A stretch of 64,000 nucleotides of DNA from a bacterium (lineage in GTDB: Bacteria; UBA8248): assembly GCA_965199855.1 (NCBI GenBank), contig OZ241326.1, forward strand, positions 768,001 to 832,000, in the 5' to 3' direction. A program made the position numbers and the translations under genes. Positions 1 to 9,352 of this stretch are shown piece after piece. How positions within the stretch are numbered: position 1 is the first letter of the stretch; each line of letters opens with the position of its first letter. The notes below the pieces were generated by a model, which was not told where the DNA came from, ran no database searches, and was given only the letters and a program-made list of their open reading frames with translations.

Positions 1-642
1 ATCCGCGCCGCCCACGCCGTCGGCATCTCGACGACCTCCACCGTCATGTACGGCCACATCGAGAGCGGCGCCGACCTGGCCGAGCACATGGACATCCTGC
101 GCGACATGCAGAAAGACTCGCTGAAGGCGGGCGGGGAGGGCCGCTTCACGGAGTTCGTCCCCCTGCCCTTCATCCCCTACGACAACAAGATGGGCGAGGA
201 GTTCGGCATCCGGGAAATGGCGGATCTCGAGACCATCTTCCGGCTTCACGCCGTCGCCCGGCTCTTCTTCCGGGGCGCCATCGCCAACATCCAGGTGGCC
301 TGGCCCAAAATCGGCATCCGCGCCGCCCGCAAGGCGCTCTCCCTGGGGGTGAACGACCTGGGCGGAACGCTGATCGAGGAGAACATCTCCCGGGAGTCGG
401 GCTCGGAATACGGGCAGAGCCTCACCCCCCGCCAGTTCAACGAGGCGATACGGGAGGCGGGGCGGATTCCTGTCCAGCGCACGACCACCTACGACATCAT
501 CCGGGAGGACGACCCGAGATACCGCCCCCCCCGACCGGACGACGAGGCGCTGCTCGGCGCGGGCGCGGCGGGCGGACAGAAGGCGGGCGGCCTCATCCCC
601 GAGAGCCGCCTGGGCGCCCCGGCCCCGCGCGGCGCCCGCTGA
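1..642 (+). CDS. cofH: Radical SAM FO synthase subunit CofH family, 3' part (gene starts before window)
   Basis: T-x-MYGHIE, FTEFVPLPF, NIQVAWPK and G-x-NDLGGTL-x-EENISR motifs of CofH/MqnE; adjacent to cofD/cofC/cofE. Confidence 0.8.
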   Translation: MRAAHAVGISTTSTVMYGHIESGADLAEHMDILRDMQKDSLKAGGEGRFTEFVPLPFIPYDNKMGEEFGIREMADLETIFRLHAVARLFFRGAIANIQVAWPKIGIRAARKALSLGVNDLGGTLIEENISRESGSEYGQSLTPRQFNEAIREAGRIPVQRTTTYDIIREDDPRYRPPRPDDEALLGAGAAGGQKAGGLIPESRLGAPAPRGAR

Positions 643-662
643 TCCGCCGGAGAGAACCCCCC

Positions 663-2105
663 TTGAGCGAACTTCACCACCCCTCCTTCAAGGACATGAT
701 GAACGACGTGGTGGACGCGGGCAGCTGCTGCGAGTGCGGCAGCTGCGTCCTCGTGTGTCCGCACAACGTCATCGAATACGTCGACGCCAAGCCGAAGCAG
801 ACGGCCAAGGCGAAGGCCGCCTTCGACTACTGCGGCGTGAGCGAGGGGGTGGGCTGCGACGTGTGCGCGGCGGCGTGCCCGAGGCTCTGGCCGCGGGAGA
901 TCCATCTGAGGGACGCCGCGTTCGGGGAGAAGAGGGAGCGGGCCTACGAGGGCGTCTTCGGCTCCTACCGGCACATCTTCATGGCGAGAACCCGGCGCGG
1001 GGACGTGATGCGGCGCGCCCAGGACGGCGGCGTCGTCACGGCGCTGCTCGCGTGGGCGCTCGAGCGCGGCGTCATCGACGGCGCGGTGGTCTCCGCCGTC
1101 GGAGAGGACGACCCGCCCTGCGACCCCAGCCCGAAGGTCGCCGTCTCCGCCGAGGAGATCCTGGCGAGCGCGGGCAGCTGGTACACCTACTGCGCGAACA
1201 ACCTGGCGCTGGAGGACGTGAAGAAAAGGGACCTCAGGAAGGTGGGCTTCGTGGGCGTCCCCTGCCAGATCACCCCGCTTCGCAAGATGGAGCTCATCGA
1301 CCCCTCCTTTCTACTCTCGGGCAGGAAGCGGCCCCAGCACATCGAGAAGCAGCGCGGGTTCCTCCGGGGCTTCGCCGACCGCGTGGCGCTCCAGATCGGC
1401 CTGTTCTGCACGGAGGTGTTCACCTTCGACCTGATGACGGAGAAGATCGAAAAGGAGATGGGCATCCCCCTCGCCGACGTGGCGAAGTTCAACGTGAAGG
1501 GCGAGGTGCTCGTCCACAAGAAGGACGGGGAGCTCGTCACCTTCCCGCTCCGGGAGGCGATGGAGAACTACCAGCGGCCCGAATGCGGACACTGCGCGGA
1601 CTTCTCCGCCGAGCTCGCCGACATCGCCTGCGGGGGGGTGGGCACGCGGGGCTGGACGATCGTGGTCCTGCGAACCGACCGGGGCGTCTCCGTCTGGCGC
1701 GACTTCGAGCGGGAGGGCCTCGCGGAGGTTCGCCCGATAGAGGAGAACAGGCGCGCCTGGAACATCCTGAACATTCTCGCCGGACGCCAGCGAAACCGCG
1801 CGCCGCGGCTGGCGCCGAGGAGCGGCACGGCGCCCGGCCTCCCCCAATACGACCCCTTCGGGGGGGCGGACTTCGCCGCGCGCCGCATGGCCGACGCCCC
1901 CAAGACGCCCGAAGAGCTCGAAGAGTGCCTCGCCACGGCCTACGGCGGCGAGGCGCGCCCCGAAGGCGCGCGCGGCTACATGGCGGGGACGCCGATTCCG
2001 GGCGACCCGGGCGCGCCGCCCCCCGGCGAGAAGCGCAAGCTCCCCCCGCCGCCTTCCCCGACCGAGGGCGGCGCGCCGCCGGGCTGGCGGGCCTCCGGGT
2101 CGTAA
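663..2105 (+). CDS. F420 hydrogenase/dehydrogenase beta-subunit family (FrhB/FpoF-like) with N-terminal ferredoxin domain
   Basis: CCECGSCVLVCP and CDVCAAACP Fe-S motifs; AQDGGVVTALL, VGVPCQ, GLFC, CxxCxDFSAELADIACG. Confidence 0.85.
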   Translation: MSELHHPSFKDMMNDVVDAGSCCECGSCVLVCPHNVIEYVDAKPKQTAKAKAAFDYCGVSEGVGCDVCAAACPRLWPREIHLRDAAFGEKRERAYEGVFGSYRHIFMARTRRGDVMRRAQDGGVVTALLAWALERGVIDGAVVSAVGEDDPPCDPSPKVAVSAEEILASAGSWYTYCANNLALEDVKKRDLRKVGFVGVPCQITPLRKMELIDPSFLLSGRKRPQHIEKQRGFLRGFADRVALQIGLFCTEVFTFDLMTEKIEKEMGIPLADVAKFNVKGEVLVHKKDGELVTFPLREAMENYQRPECGHCADFSAELADIACGGVGTRGWTIVVLRTDRGVSVWRDFEREGLAEVRPIEENRRAWNILNILAGRQRNRAPRLAPRSGTAPGLPQYDPFGGADFAARRMADAPKTPEELEECLATAYGGEARPEGARGYMAGTPIPGDPGAPPPGEKRKLPPPPSPTEGGAPPGWRASGS

Positions 2106-2149
2106 GGGTGGCCGCCCCCGACCTTCGGGACGAAAAGCCCGCGCTGGCC

Positions 2150-2746
2150 ATGCCGCTCGGCGAGGCGCTGCGGAAAAGGCGCTCCGTCCGCCGCTTCGCC
2201 GAAAAGCCCGTTCCGATGGAGATTCTCGACGCCGCGCTCGACGCCGCGCGCCTCGCCCCCAGCCCGCACGGAACGCGGCCCTGGCGCTTCTGCGTCCTCG
2301 ACTCCCGGGAGGCGAAAAAGACGCTCGCCCGCCGCATGGGCGCGGACTTTCTGCGCGACATGGAGGCGGAGGGCGTCCCCGAGGCGGAGCGCAGGCGGCG
2401 GCACGGGGGGAGCCTCCGCCTTCTGACGCGCGCGCCCGCCCTCGTTCTCGCCTCGCTCTCCTACGCCGACCTCGACGAATACGAGGAGGCGGAGAAGCAG
2501 GCCCGGGAATGGATGATGGCCGAGCACAGCCTGGGCGGCGCGCTCCAGAGCCTCATGCTCGCCCTGGCGGCGCAGGGGGTGGCCTCCGTGTGGCGCTGCG
2601 CGCCCCTGTTCTGCCCCGAAACGGCGCGGAAGGCGCTGGACCTGCCCGCCGACTGGACGCCCCGCGCCCTCATCGCGGCCGGCTATCCCGCGCGGCCGCC
2701 CGCGCCCCGCGCCGAGGCGCCCGCGCCCGGGGCGATCGTCCGGTGA
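2150..2746 (+). CDS. Nitroreductase-family protein (FbiB C-terminal/FbiE-like); alternative GTG start at 2108
   Basis: RRSVRRF, APSPHGTRPWRF, WRCAPLFCP motifs; C-terminal part of ORF 734..2746; GTGA overlap with cofD. Confidence 0.8.
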   Translation: MPLGEALRKRRSVRRFAEKPVPMEILDAALDAARLAPSPHGTRPWRFCVLDSREAKKTLARRMGADFLRDMEAEGVPEAERRRRHGGSLRLLTRAPALVLASLSYADLDEYEEAEKQAREWMMAEHSLGGALQSLMLALAAQGVASVWRCAPLFCPETARKALDLPADWTPRALIAAGYPARPPAPRAEAPAPGAIVR

Positions 2747-3687
2747 GCCTCTCGGGCCCGGTCGTCGCGCTCGCGGGCGGGGTGGGCGGGGCGAAGCTCG
2801 CCGCGGGCCTCGCGCGCGTCCTGCCCGAGGGCGGCCTCTCCGTGGTCGTGAACACCGCGGACGACCTCTCGCTTCACGGCCTGCGCATCAGCCCCGACGT
2901 GGACACGGTGATGTACAACCTGGCGGGCGTGTCGAACCCCGAGACGGGCTGGGGCATCGCGGGCGACCGCGAAAGCGCCCTCGAGCTGCTCGGCCGCTAC
3001 GGGGGGCCGACCTGGTTCCGGCTGGGCGATCAGGATCTGGCGACCCACGTCCGCCGCACGCAGCGGCTCGCCGAGGGCGCGCGGCTGACGGAGGTGACGC
3101 GGGAGCTCTGCGCCTCGCTGGGGGTCGGGGCGAACGTCCTGCCCATGACGGACGCCCCCGTCGCCACCCGGGTCATGACGCCCGAGGGCGAGCTCGAGTT
3201 TCAGGACTACTTCGTGGCGCGGGGGACGAGGCCGGAGGTGCGCGGCGTGCGCTTCCAGGGCGCGGAGGAGGCGAAGGCCGCGCCCGAGGCCCTGCGCGCG
3301 ATCGACGAGGCGCGGGCGATCGTGTTCTGCCCGTCGAACCCGATTGTGAGCATCGGCCCCATCCTCGCCCTCGCGGACCTCCGCGAGCGCATCCGCCGCG
3401 CGGGCGTCCCGCGCGTGGGGGTGAGCCCCATCATCGGAGGCGCGGCGCTCAGAGGCCCCGCCGCCGGGATGATGCGGAGCCTGGGGCACGAGGCGTCCGC
3501 CCTGGGCGTCGCCCGCATCCTGAAGGACGTCCTCGACGGGTTCGTCGTGGACGAGGAGGACGCGGCGCTCGTCCCGGCCATCGAGGCCATTGATCTGCGG
3601 AGCCTCGCCCTGCCCAGCGTGATGACGGACGTCGCCTCCAAGGAGGCGCTGGCGCGCGGCGTTCTGGAGTTCGCCTTCTCCCTTTGA
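2743..3687 (+). CDS. cofD: 2-phospho-L-lactate transferase CofD
   Basis: LAGGVGGAKL, NTADD, PDVDTVMY, FQDYFV, PSNPIVSIGPIL. Confidence 0.95.
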   Translation: MSLSGPVVALAGGVGGAKLAAGLARVLPEGGLSVVVNTADDLSLHGLRISPDVDTVMYNLAGVSNPETGWGIAGDRESALELLGRYGGPTWFRLGDQDLATHVRRTQRLAEGARLTEVTRELCASLGVGANVLPMTDAPVATRVMTPEGELEFQDYFVARGTRPEVRGVRFQGAEEAKAAPEALRAIDEARAIVFCPSNPIVSIGPILALADLRERIRRAGVPRVGVSPIIGGAALRGPAAGMMRSLGHEASALGVARILKDVLDGFVVDEEDAALVPAIEAIDLRSLALPSVMTDVASKEALARGVLEFAFSL

Positions 3688-3751
3688 GCCCCGTCCCGGG
3701 AAAATTCGGGTATAATCCGCTCCGTTTCCGCTTCCAAACGCTCCGGGATGG

Positions 3752-4408
3752 ATGATGAGCCTTTCGAGCCGCTGCGTCGCCCTGATACCCGTCCGCGATT
3801 TCCGGACGGGAAAGTCGAGGCTCGCGCGGACGCTGGACGAGACGGCGCGGAACCGGCTGGGCCGCTGGATGCTCGAGCGCGTCCTGGCCGCCGTGGGCGC
3901 GGCGAGCCGGGTGGATGAAATCGCGGTGCTGAGCGATTCGGCGGAAATCCTCGACCTGGCGGGGGAGCACGGCGCCGTCGGGCTGTTCCGGGAATCGGGC
4001 GGCCTGAACGCCGACCTCGAAACCGGCCGCTCCTGGGCGCGGCGAAGGGCGGCGCGCTCCCTCTTCATCGTCCACGCGGATTTGCCGTTCCTGAAGGCCG
4101 GGGAGGTGAACGACTTTCTGGCCGGGGACGCGGCTTCCGAGGGCGCCGGCCGCCTCGTCCGCATCGCCCGCTCGAAGGACGCGGGCACGAACGCGCTGCT
4201 CGTCCGGCCCGTCGACGCGATTCCCTTCCTGTTCGGGGCGCGCAGCTTCGAGAAGCACCGCGCCGCCGCGAGGCGGAGCCGCTGCGCCGCCCAGACCCGC
4301 GAGTCGTTCGGCTTCGCCCACGACATCGACTCGCCCGGGGACATCGAGCGCCTGCTCGCCCGCGAGGGGGAGGCGCCCGCCTGGCTCGCCTCCGCCGTCC
4401 CGGGATGA
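3752..4408 (+). CDS. cofC: 2-phospho-L-lactate/PEP guanylyltransferase CofC
   Basis: IPVRDFRTGKSRL, GLNADL, HADLP, GTNAL, DIDSPGD. Confidence 0.9.
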   Translation: MMSLSSRCVALIPVRDFRTGKSRLARTLDETARNRLGRWMLERVLAAVGAASRVDEIAVLSDSAEILDLAGEHGAVGLFRESGGLNADLETGRSWARRRAARSLFIVHADLPFLKAGEVNDFLAGDAASEGAGRLVRIARSKDAGTNALLVRPVDAIPFLFGARSFEKHRAAARRSRCAAQTRESFGFAHDIDSPGDIERLLAREGEAPAWLASAVPG

Positions 4409-5166
4409 AGCGCGTCGAGCTCATCCCCGTCGCCGGCCTGCCGGAAATCCGGGAGGGCGACCCGCTCGCCTCCCTGATTCTCGGGGCGCTCGAGGCGGGC
4501 GGCGAGCGAATCCGGGAGGGCGACGCTCTCGTCCTCGCCCAGAAGATCGTCAGCAAGGCCGAGGGCCGGCTTCTCGACCTGAACGACGTCCGGCCCTCGC
4601 GGGAGGCCCGCGCCATCGCCCGGCGCGACGGGCGCGACCCCAGGCTGGTGGAGGCGGTGCTGCGCGAGTCGAACGAGGTCGTCGCCGCCTCGGAGCGCGC
4701 CCTCATCACGGAGCACCGCACGGGGGCGGTGTGCGCCCACGCCGGCATCGACCGCTCCAACGTCGGGGGGGGCGCGGATCGCGCGCTGCTCCTGCCGCGG
4801 GACCCCGACCTCTCCGCCCGCAGGCTCCGCGAGGAGGTGCGGCGCGCGGCGGGGCGGCTCATCCCCGTGCTCATCGCCGACACCCAGGGGCGCGCCTTTC
4901 GCCGCGGCGTCGTGGGCGTGGCGATAGGGTGCGCCGGCCTGGAGCCTCTCGCGGACCTGCGGGGCGTGAAGGATCGCGCGGGCCGCGCCCTCGAGATCAC
5001 CATCCTCGCCCACGCGGACGAAATCGCGGCGGCGGCGAGCCTCGTGATGGGACAGGACAGCGAGGGGACGCCCGCCGTCCTCATCCGCGGGCTTCGCTGG
5101 CACGAGGGAGACCGGCCCGCCAGCGTCCTCTACCGCGCGAAGGAGGAGGATTTGTTTCGCCCGTGA
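4405..5166 (+). CDS. cofE: Coenzyme F420-0:L-glutamate ligase CofE
   Basis: GLPEIREGDPL, QKIVSKAEGR, AGIDRSN, DTQGRAFRRG, DEIAAAASLVMG. Confidence 0.95.
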   Translation: MKRVELIPVAGLPEIREGDPLASLILGALEAGGERIREGDALVLAQKIVSKAEGRLLDLNDVRPSREARAIARRDGRDPRLVEAVLRESNEVVAASERALITEHRTGAVCAHAGIDRSNVGGGADRALLLPRDPDLSARRLREEVRRAAGRLIPVLIADTQGRAFRRGVVGVAIGCAGLEPLADLRGVKDRAGRALEITILAHADEIAAAASLVMGQDSEGTPAVLIRGLRWHEGDRPASVLYRAKEEDLFRP

Positions 5167-5202
5167 AGCCGCCCGCGCCCTTGAGGGGAGGAGAGCGCGC
5201 CC

Positions 5203-5535
5203 ATGCCGATACGCCGCTGGAGCGAGATTGAGGAGAAGCCCCTGAACAACGTCATCCGGGGCAGAATCGTCGAGACGCCGAACGTCATGGCGTGCAGGAT
5301 CACGGCGCGCGCCGGAAGCCCCATCAAGACCCACGTCCACGACTTCGACCAGATCACCCACATGATTCGGGGAAAACTGAGGTTCCACTCGGGAGACGAG
5401 CCGCCCCGAATCGTCGGGCCGGGAGACGTCATGGCGTTTCCCGCGGGGACGCCGCACGGCGGGGAAGTTCTGGAGGAAGCGGAGTATATCGACGTCTTCT
5501 CGCCACCGAACCCGGATTTCCGGTGGGATGAATAG
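5203..5535 (+). CDS. Cupin domain protein
   Basis: HVHDFDQ and GDVMAFPAGTPHG cupin motifs; DVFSPP tail. Confidence 0.85.
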   Translation: MPIRRWSEIEEKPLNNVIRGRIVETPNVMACRITARAGSPIKTHVHDFDQITHMIRGKLRFHSGDEPPRIVGPGDVMAFPAGTPHGGEVLEEAEYIDVFSPPNPDFRWDE

Positions 5536-5613
5536 CCCCTGAAGCCCGCCGGAGTCGGCCGATGGCTTCGCGGGGCGGTTCGGGAGCCGCCCGTTTTTCA
5601 TGCCCCCCGGCGC

Positions 5614-5814
5614 TCATCGCATGAACCGCCTCAAGTCCGCGCTCCCCGTCCCCTTCCCCCCGCCCGCGCGCTCGAGCGCCAGGCCGGCCTCGAGCGCCTC
5701 CTGGTTGAAGCGGAACTCCTCCCAGGAGCATCCGGCGAGAAGGTGCGGGGGGAGGCCGTAGGCTTTGGCCTGAAAGTGGATGAGCGCGAGGAGGTCGCGC
5801 CTCGCCCTACGGAA
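5614..5814 (-). CDS. Start-less +1-frame extension of the tail assembly chaperone (gpGT-like frameshift product)
   Basis: Open frame FRRARRDLLALIHFQAKAYGLPPHLLAGCSWEEFRFNQEALEAGL...FMR*, entered by a +1 shift at TTT-CCG-TAG; no own start codon near its 5' end. Confidence 0.45.
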   Translation of the reverse strand, partial: FRRARRDLLALIHFQAKAYGLPPHLLAGCSWEEFRFNQEALEAGLALERAGGGKGTGSADLRRFMR

Positions 5815-6196
5815 ACGCGCCGCCTTCGGGCGCGTCCTCCCCGGTCGGCGGGGCGGCCGCCTCGCCCTGCAGCGCCGTGACCGCGCTGAAGATGGCGTCG
5901 GCGTCCCCGGGGGCGAGCTCGTAGATGCTGAGCTCGTCGGGCAGGCAGCGCGCCGGCTCCTTTTCCGTCATCGAGCCGCGCTCGGGAATGAAGCAGCGCC
6001 GCAGGACGCAGCGAATCCACTCCCCCGTCAGCGCGTATTGCGCCTCCTCGTCCGCCGCCGCGTCCTCCGCGGCGCCGGCGATGAGCTTCGGATGCGCCGC
6101 CAGGTCGAGCAGGTTGGGCGCGCGGACGAAGCCCCTGAGCCCCGAGGGCAGGGTGACGGGCCTGCGGCCCCGGTTCCTGTATTCCGATATCTCCAC
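5807..6196 (-). CDS. Putative phage tail assembly chaperone
   Basis: 129 aa ORF directly downstream of tail tube gene; VTLPSG...VRAPNLLDL pattern; canonical position. Confidence 0.55.
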   Translation of the reverse strand: MEISEYRNRGRRPVTLPSGLRGFVRAPNLLDLAAHPKLIAGAAEDAAADEEAQYALTGEWIRCVLRRCFIPERGSMTEKEPARCLPDELSIYELAPGDADAIFSAVTALQGEAAAPPTGEDAPEGGAFP

Positions 6197-6251
6197 GAAA
6201 AATCTCCCTTTGGCTTTCGATGAAGGAAGGCGCGCCCGGACGGCGGGCGGC

Positions 6252-7391
6252 TCAGGTGAACACGATCTTGAGTTCGTCGTCGCCCGCGTCGCGCGTCAGG
6301 CGAAACGGGGCGTCGAAGGTCAGCACGCCGTCCCGCTCCCCGAATCCCAGATCCGCGTATTGGCACTTGGGCGCGGTGATGGAGCAGACGTTCCCCGCGC
6401 TTCGGCCGACGCGGACGCTCAGGGGAAGCCGCTCGCCGCGCTCCCAGTCGCCGAAGACGTCCTCCGCGGCCCTGAGCACGGCTTCGGGGTCGAAGGAGCC
6501 GGAGGGGGCGCGGCCCGTCACCAGCGCGGCCACGTGCCCGCCGGAGGCGTTCGCGCTCTGGCGCAGCGCCACGCTGTTGTTCATCTCGAAGCGGACGTTC
6601 GCCGCGTCGAAGTGGAAGCCGCCGAGCGAGAAGCCGCTCATGAGCGCGGGGGCGGGCAGCTGGGCGTCGTAGGAGTCGCCCGAAAGAAGGGGCGCGTCGC
6701 TCACCTCGAAGTCGGCCGCCTCGAACTCCCAGTCGATGGTGGGGACGCCGTCCAGGGGGCAGTTGACGGAGAAGGTGCCCATGCAGCCCAGATACATCAC
6801 CCGCAGGCCGTCAACGTAGGCCGTCAGGCAGAGCCGCGCGTAGCTCGCCCTGTCGGAGGAGGGCGCGTAGGCGACGGAGACGCCCGCGGAGATCGTCTCC
6901 GCCATCGCGCACCCCCGGAAGAGCAGCCCGTAGTCCGGCGCGACGCCGGCGGCGCCCGAGCCCCTGAGCTCGGTGGAGAAGGAAAGCCGGGCGGAGCGCC
7001 TGCCCGGCAGCGCGGGAAGCGGCGAGAGGCTCGCGTCCTTCACGGCGCGCTCGAGCCGCTCCACGCTGACCTCGTGGGAGAAGCCGCCCGCCCGGAAGAG
7101 CTCGGAGGCGCGGGCGGGCCGATCCAGCAGATAGGCCGTGCCCGAGGCGGGCCTGGCGTCCCAGGCGGCGTCCACGGTGAGGGTGTCCGAGGCGGCGTCG
7201 AAGTCGCGCACCCGCCGCTTCTGGCCGAGGCCCGCCCCCCGAATCGTCCGCAGCACCGCGCCGTTCCAGTAGTCGTCGCGCTCATCGAGCGCGGCGTCCG
7301 CGAGGGTGGAGGCGCCCGCGGCGTCCGCCGTCAGCTCCTTCTCCTCCGTCGCGCCGATAGTTTGCCGATCCGTCAGCATCGCGTTGCTCAT
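6252..7391 (-). CDS. Phage tail tube protein (non-contractile type) with inserted beta-rich domain
   Basis: FSTELRGSGAAG-x-APDYG-x-LFRGC, GCMGTF, VTGRAPSGSFDPE, GDDELKIVFT; ATG at 7391. Confidence 0.75.
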   Translation of the reverse strand: MSNAMLTDRQTIGATEEKELTADAAGASTLADAALDERDDYWNGAVLRTIRGAGLGQKRRVRDFDAASDTLTVDAAWDARPASGTAYLLDRPARASELFRAGGFSHEVSVERLERAVKDASLSPLPALPGRRSARLSFSTELRGSGAAGVAPDYGLLFRGCAMAETISAGVSVAYAPSSDRASYARLCLTAYVDGLRVMYLGCMGTFSVNCPLDGVPTIDWEFEAADFEVSDAPLLSGDSYDAQLPAPALMSGFSLGGFHFDAANVRFEMNNSVALRQSANASGGHVAALVTGRAPSGSFDPEAVLRAAEDVFGDWERGERLPLSVRVGRSAGNVCSITAPKCQYADLGFGERDGVLTFDAPFRLTRDAGDDELKIVFT

Positions 7392-7558
7392 TCCCCGCTC
7401 TCCTCCCGCTTCGGGTTTCCCTTGGGCGCGGGGGCGGCCTGCGCCCCCCGCGCCTCCTTCTCCGTCCTCCCCTCCCCGGGCGTCCCTCCGCCCGGGGCGG
7501 ACGCGGCGCGGCGCGCTTCCGCCGGCCGCGCCCGCGTCTCCTCCTTCGCCGGCTTCAA
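7388..7558 (-). CDS. Small low-complexity phage protein (56 aa)
   Basis: TTG start after GAGGAGGGAGAGG; stop overlaps tail tube ATG (ATGA). Confidence 0.35.
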   Translation of the reverse strand: MKPAKEETRARPAEARRAASAPGGGTPGEGRTEKEARGAQAAPAPKGNPKREESGE

Positions 7559-7570
7559 GCCTCTCCCTCC

Positions 7571-8104
7571 TCAGCCGCGCCGGATCCGCTCTATGGCCTC
7601 GATGCGGATTTCGGCGTAGTGGCAAAGCGCGCCCCCGAACGTCCTGAGCTCGATCAGGTCCACCTGCGGGGGCCGCAGACGCTCCAGGGAGCGGACGCGC
7701 GGCGCGCCGGACTCATCGAGGAGGCGAAGGGCCCGCTCGTCCCGGAAGCGGCCGCAAATCTCCTCGATCGCGTCCTGGAAGGCGAGCTCGCTGCCCGCCG
7801 CGTCCTCCGCGCCCATGATTCCGAACAGCAGGAAGGTGTGGGTTCTGCGGTTGAGTCCCCCCGGAGCGAAGCCGCCCCCCGCGCGCGAGCCGATGGAGGC
7901 GGCCTCCTCCCGCGCCCTTTCCCGCGTGAGCGTCCAGCCCCGGATCTGGACGACGCCGCCCCCCGCCTCCCAGCGGAAGAGGTCGAGATAGCCGCCCAGG
8001 TCGGCCGACCAGCGCTGATAGGCGTGCACCCGCCCCGCTCCCGCCGCCTTCGATACCTCCGCCAGAATGGCGTCGCCGATTTCCCTGTATCGAGATTCAG
8101 CCAC
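7571..8104 (-). CDS. Phage tail terminator/completion-type protein
   Basis: GRVHAYQRW, IRGWTLTR, SELAFQDAIEEIC, FGGALCHYAEI; position between HK97 gp10-like and tube genes. Confidence 0.65.
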   Translation of the reverse strand: MAESRYREIGDAILAEVSKAAGAGRVHAYQRWSADLGGYLDLFRWEAGGGVVQIRGWTLTRERAREEAASIGSRAGGGFAPGGLNRRTHTFLLFGIMGAEDAAGSELAFQDAIEEICGRFRDERALRLLDESGAPRVRSLERLRPPQVDLIELRTFGGALCHYAEIRIEAIERIRRG

Positions 8105-8597
8105 CGACTCTCTCCGCGATCTCTCTCGCCAGCGCGTCGAGGCGCCGCTCGATGCGGCTCCCGTTCTCATCCAGCACGCGGGCGAACATGAAGCGGCCCC
8201 GGACGCCCCGCCCGGCTATGGCGCGCGCGGCGAGAAAGGCCGCGCTCTGCGGGCTCCCCCCGCGCGGCGCCAGCTTCCGCGCCGCCCACAGGTAGAGGGG
8301 CGACCCCTTCCTCCAGGGAGGAAGGGGGCTTCCCGGCGGGCGGCCGAACTCCACGGGGGCGGCGTAGGGGCAGCGCGAGGCGACCATGCCGGTCACCGCG
8401 CCCCGCCCGTCTCCCCGGATCCCGGTGAAAACGCTTCCCCGCAATTCGCCGGTCGCCCCCGAGGGCGTCCTCCTCCTCGCCTCGCGCCCGAGCGTCTCCA
8501 CGACTTCGGCCATCGCCTCGCGCGCGAGCCGGAGAACCTCCGCCTCGAGAGCGCCCGGCCGCGCGTTCAGGAGTCCCCCGAAATTCCCTCGCCGCAT
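8097..8597 (-). CDS. HK97 gp10-family tail completion protein
   Basis: RTPSGATGELRGS, YAAPVEFGRPPG, ARAIAGRGVRGRFMF. Confidence 0.75.
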   Translation of the reverse strand: MRRGNFGGLLNARPGALEAEVLRLAREAMAEVVETLGREARRRTPSGATGELRGSVFTGIRGDGRGAVTGMVASRCPYAAPVEFGRPPGSPLPPWRKGSPLYLWAARKLAPRGGSPQSAAFLAARAIAGRGVRGRFMFARVLDENGSRIERRLDALAREIAERVGG

Positions 8598-8613
8598 TCG
8601 CCCTCTCCTCCGC

Positions 8614-9324
8614 CTAGCGCTCGTCGGGCGCGCCGCGCGTGACGTATTCGCCGCGCCGCCCGGAGAGGCTCGCGTCCCAGTCGAGCGAGGCGCCCGCGGC
8701 CGCCGCCGGCTCGCCCTCCTTCTGGCCGACGTGGTTTCGATACTTGCGCTCGAGCTCCCGCGCCAGGCGCGCGTATTCGCCGGACTTGCCCGGGTAGTCC
8801 GCCGAATCCGCCGCCAGGGTGGGGGGCGCGGACTGGGCGAAGCGGCGCGCCAGAAGGCCGCAGCCCTCGGCGGCGGCGAGCCAGGCCACGGCGGTCAGGT
8901 CGTTTCGGGGGACGCTCGCGCCCTCCTCGTCCGCCGCGTGTCCGATCGTGTAGAACAGGCGCGCCCGCTCGCCCCTGCGCGGGACGCTCCGCAGGAGCCT
9001 GAGCTTCGCGCCGGGGGCGCCCTTCGCGTAGATGCTCCAGTCGCGCCTCTGCAGGAAGGAGGGCGTCCGCCTTCCCTGGGGATATTCCACCGCCCGGACG
9101 ACCGAGAGGGAATCGTCCCAGTCTCCGGGCAGGGGGAAGTCGAACGAGGCGCCGTCGCCCTCGAAGTCGGCGAAGGCGGCGCGCGGCCTGTCCCGGCTGT
9201 AGCGCGCGAGGGCGGCGCTCACCAGGCCGGCGTAGTCCGCCTCCTCCAGCCCGAACTCCCGGGGCAGCGCGCCCGCCTTCAGGAGCGCCTTCGCCTCCTC
9301 GATGATCGTCTGCCTGCTGGCCAT
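8614..9324 (-). CDS. Phage head-tail adaptor-type protein
   Basis: AALARYSRDRP, VEYPQG, TLAADSADYPGKSGEYARLA; position after head genes; RBS before ATG 9324. Confidence 0.65.
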   Translation of the reverse strand: MASRQTIIEEAKALLKAGALPREFGLEEADYAGLVSAALARYSRDRPRAAFADFEGDGASFDFPLPGDWDDSLSVVRAVEYPQGRRTPSFLQRRDWSIYAKGAPGAKLRLLRSVPRRGERARLFYTIGHAADEEGASVPRNDLTAVAWLAAAEGCGLLARRFAQSAPPTLAADSADYPGKSGEYARLARELERKYRNHVGQKEGEPAAAAGASLDWDASLSGRRGEYVTRGAPDER

Positions 9325-9352
9325 CCGCGTCTCCTCTCCGCCCTCGGGCGGC

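Noticed and set aside
2683-5601. Long antisense or alternative-frame ORFs (e.g. 2683..5601, 9784..12138, 14395..16605, 26280..28385, 41766..44468)
   Set aside because: Shadow frames of well-supported genes in GC-rich DNA; Arg/Ala/Gly/Pro-rich with no motifs
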